A stretch of DNA of 64,000 nt. Origin: Acanthaster planci. Lineage: Eukaryota. The position numbers were made by a program, and so were the translations under genes. The stretch covers positions 3,532,864-3,596,863 of the forward strand of contig NW_019091360.1 in NCBI RefSeq assembly GCF_001949145.1, read 5' to 3'. The notes under the pieces are model-generated. The model ran no database searches, was not told the DNA's origin, and worked only from the letters and a program-made list of their open reading frames with translations. Of the stretch, positions 26,801 to 38,800 are shown one piece after another; the stretch's first letter is position 1, and every line of letters begins with the position of its first letter.

Positions 26801-29800
26801 AAATATTTTTTTCAATTGCAATTTTACCTCNNNNNNNNNNNNNNNNNNNNNNNNNNNNNNNNNNNNNNNNNNNNNNNNNNNNNNNNNNNNNNNNNNNNNN
26901 NNNNNNNNNNNNNNNNNNNNNNNNNNNNNNNNNNNNNNNNNNNNNNNNNNNNNNNNNNNNNNNNNNNNNNNNNNNNNNNNNNNNNNNNNNNNNNNNNNNN
27001 NNNNNNNNNNNNNNNNNNNNNNNNNNNNNNNNNNNNNNNNNNNNNNNNNNNNNNNNNNNNNNNNNNNNNNNNNNNNNNNNNNNNNNNNNNNNNNNNNNNN
27101 NNNNNNNNNNNNNNNNNNNNNNNNNNNNNNNNNNNNNNNNNNNNNNNNNNNNNNNNNNNNNNNNNNNNNNNNNNNNNNNNNNNNNNNNNNNNNNNNNNNN
27201 NNNNNNNNNNNNNNNNNNNNNNNNNNNNNNNNNNNNNNNNNNNNNNNNNNNNNNNNNNNNNNNNNNNNNNNNNNNNNNNNNNNNNNNNNNNNNNNNNNNN
27301 NNNNNNNNNNNNNNNNNNNNNNNNNNNNNNNNNNNNNNNNNNNNNNNNNNNNNNNNNNNNNNNNNNNNNNNNNNNNNNNNNNNNNNNNNNNNNNNNNNNN
27401 NNNNNNNNNNNNNNNNNNNNNNNNNNNNNNNNNNNNNNNNNNNNNNNNNNNNNNNNNNNNNNNNNNNNNNNNNNNNNNNNNNNNNNNNNNNNNNNNNNNN
27501 NNNNNNNNNNNNNNNNNNNNNNNNNNNNNNNNNNNNNNNNNNNNNNNNNNNNNNNNNNNAGAAGATGCTGGTGTGTATGAATGTGTAGCAGCCAATCCAC
27601 TCGGAACAGCAACGTCAACAGTAGAAGTAATGGTGCCAGGTATGATACTTGTTTGTAGAATTCAACCAACTCTGTCAAGCTCAAACGTTTCTTGAGTGTC
27701 TGGTTATGAAATGTGACTTTGATAAATGATTTTCTCTGGTAATTTCGTGTTTGTTTCCTGATTGTAGCAGATTTATTCATGACTTTGGTTCAGGTGTCCT
27801 TCTTTGTTGAGCTTGGTAATCATGAGAAATTAATTCAGTGCTTCTTTATTGACGCGACTGGAATAATGAAGATGATTGTGAGTGACTTTAACAAAACCTG
27901 AAGATGTAAGAAATTGTTATTGGTGGAAGAAGTTTACTAGATTTCAAAACTCACTGAAGTGAGATGTTCAGTTGTGCAAAAACATTCAAGATTGTACGAA
28001 GAATGGAATAAAAGAGATATTTATTGTGCAATTTTTTTTTCTTTCAGGATATGAAAAGCCGCCAGAGTTTGTTGCCGAGATGATGCATGGTGAGCCACTC
28101 ATTGTCGGTCGACCCTACAGCATCGAGTGCCAAGTCTCAGCAAAACCAACACCCACCATCACGTGGTACAAAGATGGCAAACCTATCGAAAATGAGCCGC
28201 GGTTCCGCACATCATTCGACAAGGATATTGCTGTCTTGGATATTGAAGATGCTCGGCCAGAAGATGCAGGGATTTATGAATGCGTAGCGACCAATGCAAT
28301 GGGTACATCAAAGACAACCGTTGAAGTGAATGTGCCTGGTAAGTCAAAAGAACTCTGGTTCTGTTTCCCGGAAAGAAATCAAACAGCACCCATTTAACAG
28401 TTAGTGTGAGACAAAGGGACTTAAAATTTGGTGATTGCGAGAATATTGCTAACAGATATTGGAGTTGCCTGTTAATTTACTCAGCGATATGCCTTTCTAC
28501 AGTACCTTCCGCCCAATGGCTATCAAGCTTGCAATTTATGCCCTTGTTGGTCAAATTCATTTCCAGGCTCTGCTTCCCCCAAGCCACCTGAGTTCACCTC
28601 CAAGTTGCAGGTGGCCGCACCTGTCACTGTTGGCCAGCCCCTGCACCTGGAGTGCCAGGTTCAAGCCCGGCCGGAGCCCACCGTCACCTGGTACAAAGAC
28701 GGCAAGCCCGTCAAGGGCAAGCCCTATTACACGACCAGCTTTGTCAGGGATGTGGCCAGTCTGGATATTGAAAGTGTCGTGCCAGAAGATTCCGGTATCT
28801 ACAAGTGCGTAGCTAAGAATCTAATGGGCACAGTGAGCACGACAGTTGAAGTAATAGTCAAAGGTAATTTATATTAATTCCTTCTTGAAATCACTCTTGT
28901 AAATCCTTGTAAACCCCAAACTTAAAAATTGAGTTTTTTAACGACATAGGCTGTGTCCGAATCTCTTGGGTATAGCTGGAAATAATACATGAGTTTTTGG
29001 ATGTGGCTCAGGCTAGTTCCCAATACGTCGTGTGTAACATCCGGCTGTAGCCAAGTGATTTGGACATGGTCTGATTTTGTTATTCAGTGGGAACTCATGC
29101 TATTTTGAATACATGTCATGTGCCTTAATTGGAGCAAAGATCAAGAAGTTTCAAACAAGACAACATTGCGTATTGAGCACCATCGTCAATTTCCTGGCGT
29201 GTTAAAATTTTGTTACAATTTCAAGTTCCTTGAACTAGCGACCTTTTAGGGAGCCAACACCTGTTAAAAACAACATCTCACATTCGAAATGCTACTGAAA
29301 CATTGCATGCTTATTCTCATTTCTTACCTCTGGTAATTCCTTCTCAATTCATTTTGTATAGGCTTGCCCAAGAAGGTGGGAATCCCACCCAAGTTTACCT
29401 CCAGACTTCCATCGCATACAGTGGTTGCCACAGAGGGGCAGCCCACAGAGCTCCAATGCACCATTGTCTCTGAACGTCCACCGACTGTCGCGTGGTACAA
29501 GGATGAAAGAACCCTCACCAACTACCCGCCTTACGAGATCTCCTTTGAGAAGGGTGTGGCTGCTCTGAGAATCGCCAAGACAGAAATGGAACATGCTGGC
29601 ACTTACAAGTGTGTGGCCTCCAACAAGGCAGGGATTGTGACCTCCACGGCAGAAGTCATGGTCAGAGGTCAGAGGACTAGCCTTTTCTCATTTGTTTTTC
29701 CAATATTGTATTTTTTTCTGCTCATTGTGTGAAGACTTTCAACACAGGACCACAGGTGTTTAGATATTGTCCTGGTAGTTAAAGCTCCTTCAACCTAATA

Positions 29801-32800
29801 CTGTTGTTCGGGCATTTTGTAGTATTATCCTTGTGCTGAAGTTTACTGCCTGTTCTTGCATTATACCCAGTCTCCTTTCTTAATTTAGAATAGCACTCTG
29901 ACACACTCCGAGAAAGCAAATTGTTTCATATGCAAACAAGTGACCCCTGCTTCTCACCTGACACTGCCTACCCCAATCTGTTTTGAATTTTTGTCCTAAA
30001 CTCCATCTGCTTAACCACTTCATGCCGGGGCATTTTTCAACGTTGATGATGCTGGGCCGGCATGACTATCATTTTTTCCATTTTCAAAATCCTTCAAAAA
30101 TTCATCATTTCATTTAATGGTCGTTTATAGCCACACAAAGTAATCTTTAGGCACTACTCTAAGTTGACAGGTGACCTTTATTGACGCCCGAGTATTTCAG
30201 CCAGGCCTGCAGCCTTGTAAACAAAGCCCAGATTGTGCGGTGTTATACAACTGTCTTGTGTTCACGAACCTGGCTCAGTGCACTGCTGACCTCTTTTCAA
30301 TAGGGGCCAGATTAGTGTGCAGCGGTGCTGTGTGGCTCATCGCTGTGGTGGTGGAGCGCTTTTTTCCCCGGTGGTAATCCGCTTGCTCTCAATGCCCCAA
30401 ACCCTGGTATACGGTTTCAAAATAACGCTGGATTATCACCACTTTTGAGATCGAAAAATGCCGGTAATGCCCAGCAGCCTGGTCTTTTGTTCGGAGTACG
30501 GTCTTTTGTTACAGGGCCCTGTTTCCTTTGTCCGAGTTCGGAGACCCCAGCCACGCATATAAACCATACAGCTCCGATTTCGGAGTCCCCGGCTGGTAGT
30601 GGTTAAAGTGGAAACAAGAGAGCGTGTGATGTTTCATGGAAAGGACAGTCTGCTGGTGGGAACTCAGCAGATGAATGTGCATGTGTTTTTTGTTAAAATG
30701 TATATTTTTTGTGTGTGCTTCAGGCTCATGCACTAGCCTGTCTCTTCTGTGCCACTGCGGACGGACTTCAATGCCGGGGTGGATTGCATTGATCTCGTGT
30801 TGTAGTACGTTGCAGTATGTGTGTTTCGGTAGGCTACGGTTGGGAGATGCAAGATTGTTAATGCAGTTATTTTGTGTTTCTTTGTCAGCCCCAGAGGTTC
30901 TGTCCACTGATGAGGAGATGGACACTTCCCAGGGGCCAACCTTCATCAACATGTCCACTCAGGAATCAGTGACGGTCACTCCAGGCCAGGAGCTGCGACT
31001 GACCATCCGCATCCAGGGCCTGCCGCCGCCACATGTCACGTGGTACCGAAATGACACTCAAGTCATTGAAACCGAAACAGTCGAGGTAAGCATGCAATCA
31101 CTGTCATCGTGTCAGTGTTTATTGTTGCTTTAATCCCAGCTTTCTTAGAATAATTGAAAGGTTTTTCTCTAAACTGAAATTTCCCTCACAATAATACGCA
31201 ATATATTAAAGATTAAATTATATACATTCTCACATCTTTGTAAATCATCCTAGTAACTTTTTCAAAGCTGACGCCCTTTGTATTCTTGTGAGAGATGTTT
31301 AAATTCCTTATGTTTATGTCTGAAATGTGTGTCTGTTGGAAATATCTCTTTTCCCTTTGGGGACCAGCTCATGTTCCTGATTAAAAGGTGCACTTTTACC
31401 TCAGTAACATTCTAAGCAGTCTGGATGTTTTAAGATGCTCCCTTCACTTCATTAACTTGCCCTCTAAGTGACTCGTCATGACCTACCCCTCTGCAATCTG
31501 TCAAAACTCTGCAATATCATCTGCACTGTAGACATCATATGCCAACTACTTCATGCTTACTCATTGTAGTACAAATGGTTAATTTTTTACTGTTGGAAAG
31601 AAACTGTTCAATCTTAATTCGAGCCTCTGCTGTTGTTTGCTGACAGATTTGCAGGTGTAACATCGTTTACGCTGGCCCCCCCACAATGTTTCATTGTTTT
31701 ATAATTTGAACTCTGAATTTATCCTTACTTTTGCATCAAACACTGTGCTCTGTCAGAGCAGAGGGTGAGGAAGGTGAACCAGCTTCCACTTTATTGTCTG
31801 TTTCTGTTGATGCAATTGCGTTAAACGTATACAAGTATCTTTGGCGTCGTCTGTCCGATTTGATGCATTGTTGCGGATGCTTTATTTCATTTCAGTGTGT
31901 GAAGTACACTGAGACTCGATCCAAAACTGTGAAGGAGGTGCGTAGAAGAACGGCCTGATTTATTCTCGCCCAATGCCCACTAGTACCTCACCCTTGCCAT
32001 TAACAACACTGATCTCCAATATTTACTCTTCCCTTCTCTGTGGCCCAAATTCTACAAAACTAGTTCAGACTCTAAAGGAATGTGGAGAACAATCCAGTCA
32101 CTCCAAAAAGAAATCAAAACAAGGAAACTAGGTTTTTTTCCAACTCATAAGAGAATAAGACTCTGGTCTTGTCAAAAGCTTGTAAACAGTTCCCCCATTG
32201 TTTTGAAATGTCAGACTTTTTGGACCATAAATAATCCTCCATAAAAGATTTGTTAAATGAACTGATTTGATAATATTTGAAAATATGCAAAAGGAAAGTA
32301 TGGACTGGAAAAGAAATCTTCAGGTTCAAATAACCCACTCTTACTTCCTGAACTTAAATAACCTCCAATCTTCAACTCTCTGCCTCTAATGATAAACACA
32401 AGTAGTGTCGCCTCCTATCCAACAATTAATTTTTATTTTTCCCCTTGTAGAACAATATTTAATCCCTTTCTCCTTCCAGGAATTTTCTGTTCTGACAAGC
32501 CAGATGCATTAGTTAACACCTTCACCCATGCTTACCAAACATGGCACAGAAATACATTCCAGTCCAGGGTATAGAGTTGAACGTGTGAAGGAAGATGTCA
32601 GTCTGCACTTACCAAAGACAAACACCATCATTTTATAACCCATTTCCTTGGTGACTCCTCTCTGGAATACTTGTAAGCACAAAGTTGCACCCCCTGTAAA
32701 CTGTGCACGTTCACATTTGGTAAAGTAGAGTGAGTTGATGACAGAAAAGTAAATGTATGCATAATCCCACAAGAAGTAGTAGTATAGAGTGGCATAGCTT

Positions 32801-35800
32801 GATAGTTCCAGCTTTTCCGTTTTATGAGGGTGGAAAAATCATTGGTAAGATTTTGCTAAGTTGCAATAAAAGACAGCAGAGTCAATCTTTCCGGTGAGAA
32901 AATGTACATTTAGTATGGATTGAGACAGTTCACTAGGATTTGTTTATCGCTGGGAAAAAGTTGCAATATGTATCCTTCCCATAGCGTCAGAGAGCAAAGA
33001 TCGCCAAAGCAGAGCTAACTTTAACAGCTGAACTTTCTTTTTGCAATTTTTTCTTCACTCATGCCTTGATTAAAGTGTGAATATACTCTCTTTAAAAAAA
33101 AAGAGTTAAGCCAAACTTTGTGTTGAATCTTGTCCTAACTCTTCAAACAAACCAATTAGGGAATTTGTCTGAAATTCTCAACTGTAATCTGTGTGAGCAT
33201 AAGGCAGTTAATTGTCATCGGCAATGCTCTTCTATTGCAGCTGTCTAATTTTTTCCCAAGGAATCTGTTCTCCAAAGGAAATTAACACCCATTGCCTGCC
33301 AATTTAGTTTAGCTTAAGTTAGACATTTGTGAATTCAGTGCTGTCATCGATAACCGGAAATATTCTATATTTACTTCAAGATCTGCTCAAACAACAAGTG
33401 TACAAATACTCATCCATCCTCAACCTACATGTAATACAGTTGACTCTCATTGTTACGAAATCAGCTGTAACAAAATTCTGGTTATTACAAACACACATCT
33501 CTGGTCCTGGTGAAAATATGCACATTTCTATGGGGAAAAAATCTGTTATAGTGAAATTGTACTTTACGAATTTCCTGTTACAGCAAAAGGTTTTTGTGAC
33601 TGTTGCCTGAAAAACTATTGTTGACGACCAATTTATGAAGAGCGTTTACGAATCGCAGTTTTGAAAACATGTGTGCAGAGCACCACACTGGTTCCTGCTG
33701 GGCCGAACCGTTGCCCAAAAAGGCATGATGGAAATGTGGCTACCAGTGAATGGGACGATTCCAGTCAAAAAAGCGTCGCAAGCAGGTGCATTGACAAAAA
33801 TTTATCTCATGTCTATGTTTGTATTTGAGGTTGTACTGCACGTACTTCAAGCGTGCGTGTTTTCCACAGAATTTCCAGCTGCAGCACTTAAGGCTTATTG
33901 CCTGCCCCTCCATATGCATCACACACACTTACAACGCGATATACAGACTTTAGTTTCCTGTCGTCATGACAAGCTTAGTGCACAATTAAAAAATCCATGA
34001 TTTTTTACACTGATTACAGAAACGGCAAAACAAAAAATCCCTTCCCGATTCCGATAAAAATATGCTCCAAATAAGTTCGCTTGACTATTACCGCTTATCA
34101 GGAGCCCAACTAATCACCCACCTCTGAATTATGCGTATTGCTGTTAAAAGATCTAGTGGCCTGCCAATGAGATTGTGTGCTTACATGACATACATTTTGC
34201 AGGACATAGCTATCCAATCATAATATTTCCTCAGGACATCATGCTTCTTGAGCGACTGTCTTGTGCGTAGGCAGCCACGCCACGGTGGGCGAGTGAACTC
34301 AGACTACCGATCAATCATGGTCATGCAGCCAGTGTAAATAAAAATATCTCTCCATGACACAATTTGTGTTGGAAAGACTACTTACATGGATGGGGGCTCC
34401 AGTTGATGAGTCTTCACTTTCTTGCAGGTACACACAAGCTTACATGTGAATGCCATTAAGTTAGGCTTCATCCATGGTGATTGAAAGTTTAAAAAAATCC
34501 CTGGATCGATGCTTTCACATGTATTTGCTTTTTATCTCACATGCACATTAAACATGTTGTCATATGACAGTGAAGTTTATTATTCTAAACACATCACAAT
34601 ATATTTGATTAATCATAACCGAGACATCTTTTTGACGTCATTTAACATCAACCTCGTTCACATGTATACATGTACAGTACATGTAAATGCACATTGTATC
34701 GTACACAAAAGGACCTTTTCATACAATGCACTGAAGCCATTGCACTGCGTTCCGCCTACAACAAATTTCGGATACAATGAACATTTCCTCTTGGTCCCGC
34801 AGAGTTTGTAATGACGAGAGTCGGCTGTATACTTTTTCTGGCTCAGAATGTTAGAAGAGCGTACAGTTTCTTTTGCTGCCTTTCAACTTTCAATCTTGTT
34901 CCAGCTAAACTGGGTTGCACAACAACTGCTGCATTATGAAACTTGGAGTGCATAATTCATCACTAGTTCCCCCCCCTCCCACATCAACAAAGTATTCCCT
35001 GAGTGCCCCCCATCTGAACTACACCAATCATGCACTGGCCCCCTCTATTCCCCATGTATCAGGATGTGACCTATTCAGAATATTAAAATGGTAATTTAGC
35101 ACCAAGGTTTCTTTAGCTTCCCTGATATGGAGGGTGCTTACCCGCTCAAATAGAGTGACAACCGCCCCCCAAAACTTTGTCTCAGTTACATGTAAATATC
35201 ACCTGTTGAAGTTGTGTCAAGTAACGAATGAAAGATTCTGTCATTTTTAAGCCACATGGAATTTGTTGGACTCACTTTGTTGGTGGTTTTTCACAGGTGA
35301 AGAGACACAAGGAGATTTGCTCTCTAGTGATCAAGAATGCACAACCTGAGGATTCAGGCACCTACAAGGTTGTTGCAGAAAATGCAGCTGGTGTGGAGTC
35401 TAATGCTGTCCACATCAATGTGGCCGAGCAACCACTTTCTAAGTAAGAATTATTCAGCACATTTTTTTTAAAGCTTGTGCATGGCAGTTAAAAGTATGCT
35501 GCAGTCAAACCGAACCAAAAATCATTGCACTTTCGAACCGAACCGAACCAAACTGGTTGGTTCGGATGTTCGGTTTTAATATGGCGTGGCATTACTAGCC
35601 CATTATTGCTGAAAGCATGCAAGAAAACTAGATAAAAAAGCAAACACAACGAAGAATGGATAACGAGTTATGCTGCACCAGCGCTAGCACTCAGCACATG
35701 TTCATCAAGAAGTACATGTATGTACACACGTACTGTAAATGTGTAACACTGTGCATGTACAGTAAACTTACGGTGGCTCCACATCACGCGATGGTTGTAA

Positions 35801-38800
35801 AAAGCATGTGGTGAGAATTCACCAATAATCAACCAAGAACATGCAACGTATTGCGTTTCTGCAATTTCTGTGTTTTTTTTCTGTTTTCACACATCGTACA
35901 ATCGTTTTGTTGAGTCAAGCGTGATCCAAACACAACTGCTTTTGGTCGGCAAACCACGGTCAGAAACTCACATCTCCGACGGTCACTTTCTAGGGAATTT
36001 TAACTCCTAAACAAACTTTGGGAAAACAGTTCGGAAAAAAAATTATGTTCCCATTGAAGTTACTCATGGATGGGATGGAGAGGAGATTTATTGCTTGTAT
36101 TAACATATACACGGGATATACGGCACGTTCATAGCGAGCTCTTCAATGTGCATAGTATATGTTCATGTGTGTACATGTCCGAACCTGAACTGAAGTTAAG
36201 AAAAAATTTCTGAACCTTGTCCAAACCGAACCTTGGCACCTACTTGCAGCACTAGTTAAAAGACAAAATTTCATGAATTTTCTTTGTGAGGTTTTCACTT
36301 GATAGCTGTTACAAACACTGTGTGTCTTGTCCTTTAGGAAATTACATATACATATTATACATATTCTAATTGTTGTTGTTTGTTTGGGGGGGGGCTACAA
36401 TTTATGTGCAGTTTTCTGTGTCAAAACGGCTAAAATCAAAAAGTAGGGCCAACATAAGAAAATTCTTTCAATAGTTTTTACTGTTAGATTCATCAGATTG
36501 GGGAATTTTTCTTGTATATTTTGTACATAACAGTCAAAATCTGTTAGTTAAACCCCGACAGGTTTCATTGTTTGACCATGCTTTCCTTGTTTTCCTAGTG
36601 TGTCTGTGATCCACCTGGAGTCCAGACCTCAAGTCTCTGGTCAACCCATCTTTGTGGAGACACTCGAGAAGAAGACAGAAGTCGTTGAGAGTGCTCGGGT
36701 GCGACTTGAAGTGGTAATCGTTGGGAATCCACCACCAAAGGTAAGCAGTGCTCCTCAAATATGTCTGCATTGTGAAGAAATCTAACAGGCATTACATTTT
36801 ACTTAAGTACCAGGGTTTAACCACTCCCTGCCGGGTGACCCATTTTCGAGTATGTAGGCTTTATATACCGAGTTGAGGTTCTCCACCACCACAGCGATGA
36901 GCGACACATCACCGCTGCATGCTAATCTGGCCCCTATTGAAAAGAGGTCAGCAGTGCACTGTGCCGGTTTCGGGAAAAAAAATCTTACGTAACACCGCAC
37001 AATCTGGGCTCTTTTTCCAAGGCTGCAGGCCTAGCTGAAATAATCACGAGTCAATGAAGGTTACCTGTCAGCTTTAGAGTAGCGCCCAAAGATTCCTTCA
37101 TTTTGGTATAAACGGCCATTAAATGAAATGATGAATTTTTGAAGAATTTTGAAAACGGAAAATCTTGAGAATGAGCCGGCATCTTGTCTTGCTCAAGAAA
37201 AATCCACCCGGCAGCAAGTGGTTTAGAGAAACATTTCAAACTGATTTGAAATTGGTAAATTCTTGTTGAATAACGGGAACACTTTTCTGTGTTGAATGAA
37301 GTATTCCTTGAAAGTTAGTGATGGAATCCTCAAAATCAAATGTCGTAGTTGTGAAGTTTGGTTATGTGTTTGTGTCATGCTTCAGGTGACCTGGTACTTC
37401 AAAGATCGTCCAATCCGTGAGTCCGACGATGAATACGAGTTCCATCAGCTCGGTAACAAGTACACCTTGATTGTCAAGAAACCGTCAGCCTCAGATGCTG
37501 GCACTTACTACTGTGAAGCTGAGAACACACACGGAGCTGTCAGGTCGGAGTGCCATCTTACCATCAAAGGTAATTGAAAACAGTGCATAATTGATGTCTG
37601 GTAGTGACCCAAAATGCGCAGTTGTCAACTTGGGTGATTTTGTTGAGTGAGTTCCTTGCCAACTGCAACTTGTCTTTCATCTAAATCAAGGTTGCTCATC
37701 TAAGTCAACTTTGTCGGAAATATAGGACAGAGAAATAGGAAATGGAAAATGGCATGGTAAAAACAAAAAAATGGTTATATTAGACAATTAATGTTTGATT
37801 AGTTGAGTATAATTGGTTTGAGAATTGATTGGTTTGTGTGGGTTCAATTTGTATGGTTTGTTCAATTTGCAGAGAAAATTCCACCTGATTTTGAGCAGCC
37901 ACTGGAGAGTATCGCAGCTACCGAGGGAGAAGTGATAACATTTGAAGGGAAAATTAAAGGCACTCCCAAACCTGAGGTAGGAATAAAGTCTCAAGGTTTA
38001 TTGCTTGATCTGTCAGAATGAAGTTGTGATTAATATTGGAATATCTTACAGGTTAAAATATGAAGAAGACAAAGACTATAAACGTTAACTGGTATTGTAA
38101 GCAATAAGCATAAGAGTAAATCCTATTAAAAAGTGACTTCAAAAACTATTCCAGATGAATAACTTAAGTTTTCCTGAAATTGCCTTTTACTTAGTCTCTT
38201 CAACATTTAATGAAGATCTGCCAGCAATCTGATGTCATTTATAGATCTTAACTCTTGTAAACTCACCCACACATGCAAGGTTACAGCATCTTACCTTTCA
38301 AATTATCATAGATAAAATGGTTCAAAGATGACAAGCCTGTTTTCGAGACGTCCCGAGTGAGGTTCGTCAAAGAAGGAGACAAAATCGGTCTGTTGATTAT
38401 CAATGTCAGGCCTGGCGATGCCGGAAACTACAAAGTGACTCTAACAAACATGTTTGGGCAATCTACGTCATCTGCTATCCTCAGTGTTGATGGTGAGTTA
38501 GAATTTTTGCTTGAAATTAAGTCTTACATCTTTGCCTGTATATAGGATTAGAATGGCAGCGACTTGAAAGAGATTAGCCAGTTGACCAATCAAAAGCACT
38601 GATACAAAACAAAATGCAAAAGTGAGAAACATGCAGCAGGACTTAGTAATGATAAACCAGAAGATCTGACTTTACAACAAAGCCTTCAATAAAGCCTTCC
38701 CCACAAATATAATAAAAAAATAAAGCAAACAAAAACAACACAACAAATTGTGCTTTTTATTGAAATTACCTCTTGATGAAGTTTGAAGAAGCTTAAAGGT

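Noticed and set aside
18389..27780. Long ORFs (217-318 aa) in the ORF track
   Set aside because: Artefacts of N-runs translated as X.
35440..35446. In-frame TAA right after exon 37 suggesting a gene end
   Set aside because: It is part of the GTAAG donor; the phase-2 junction continues correctly into exon 38.
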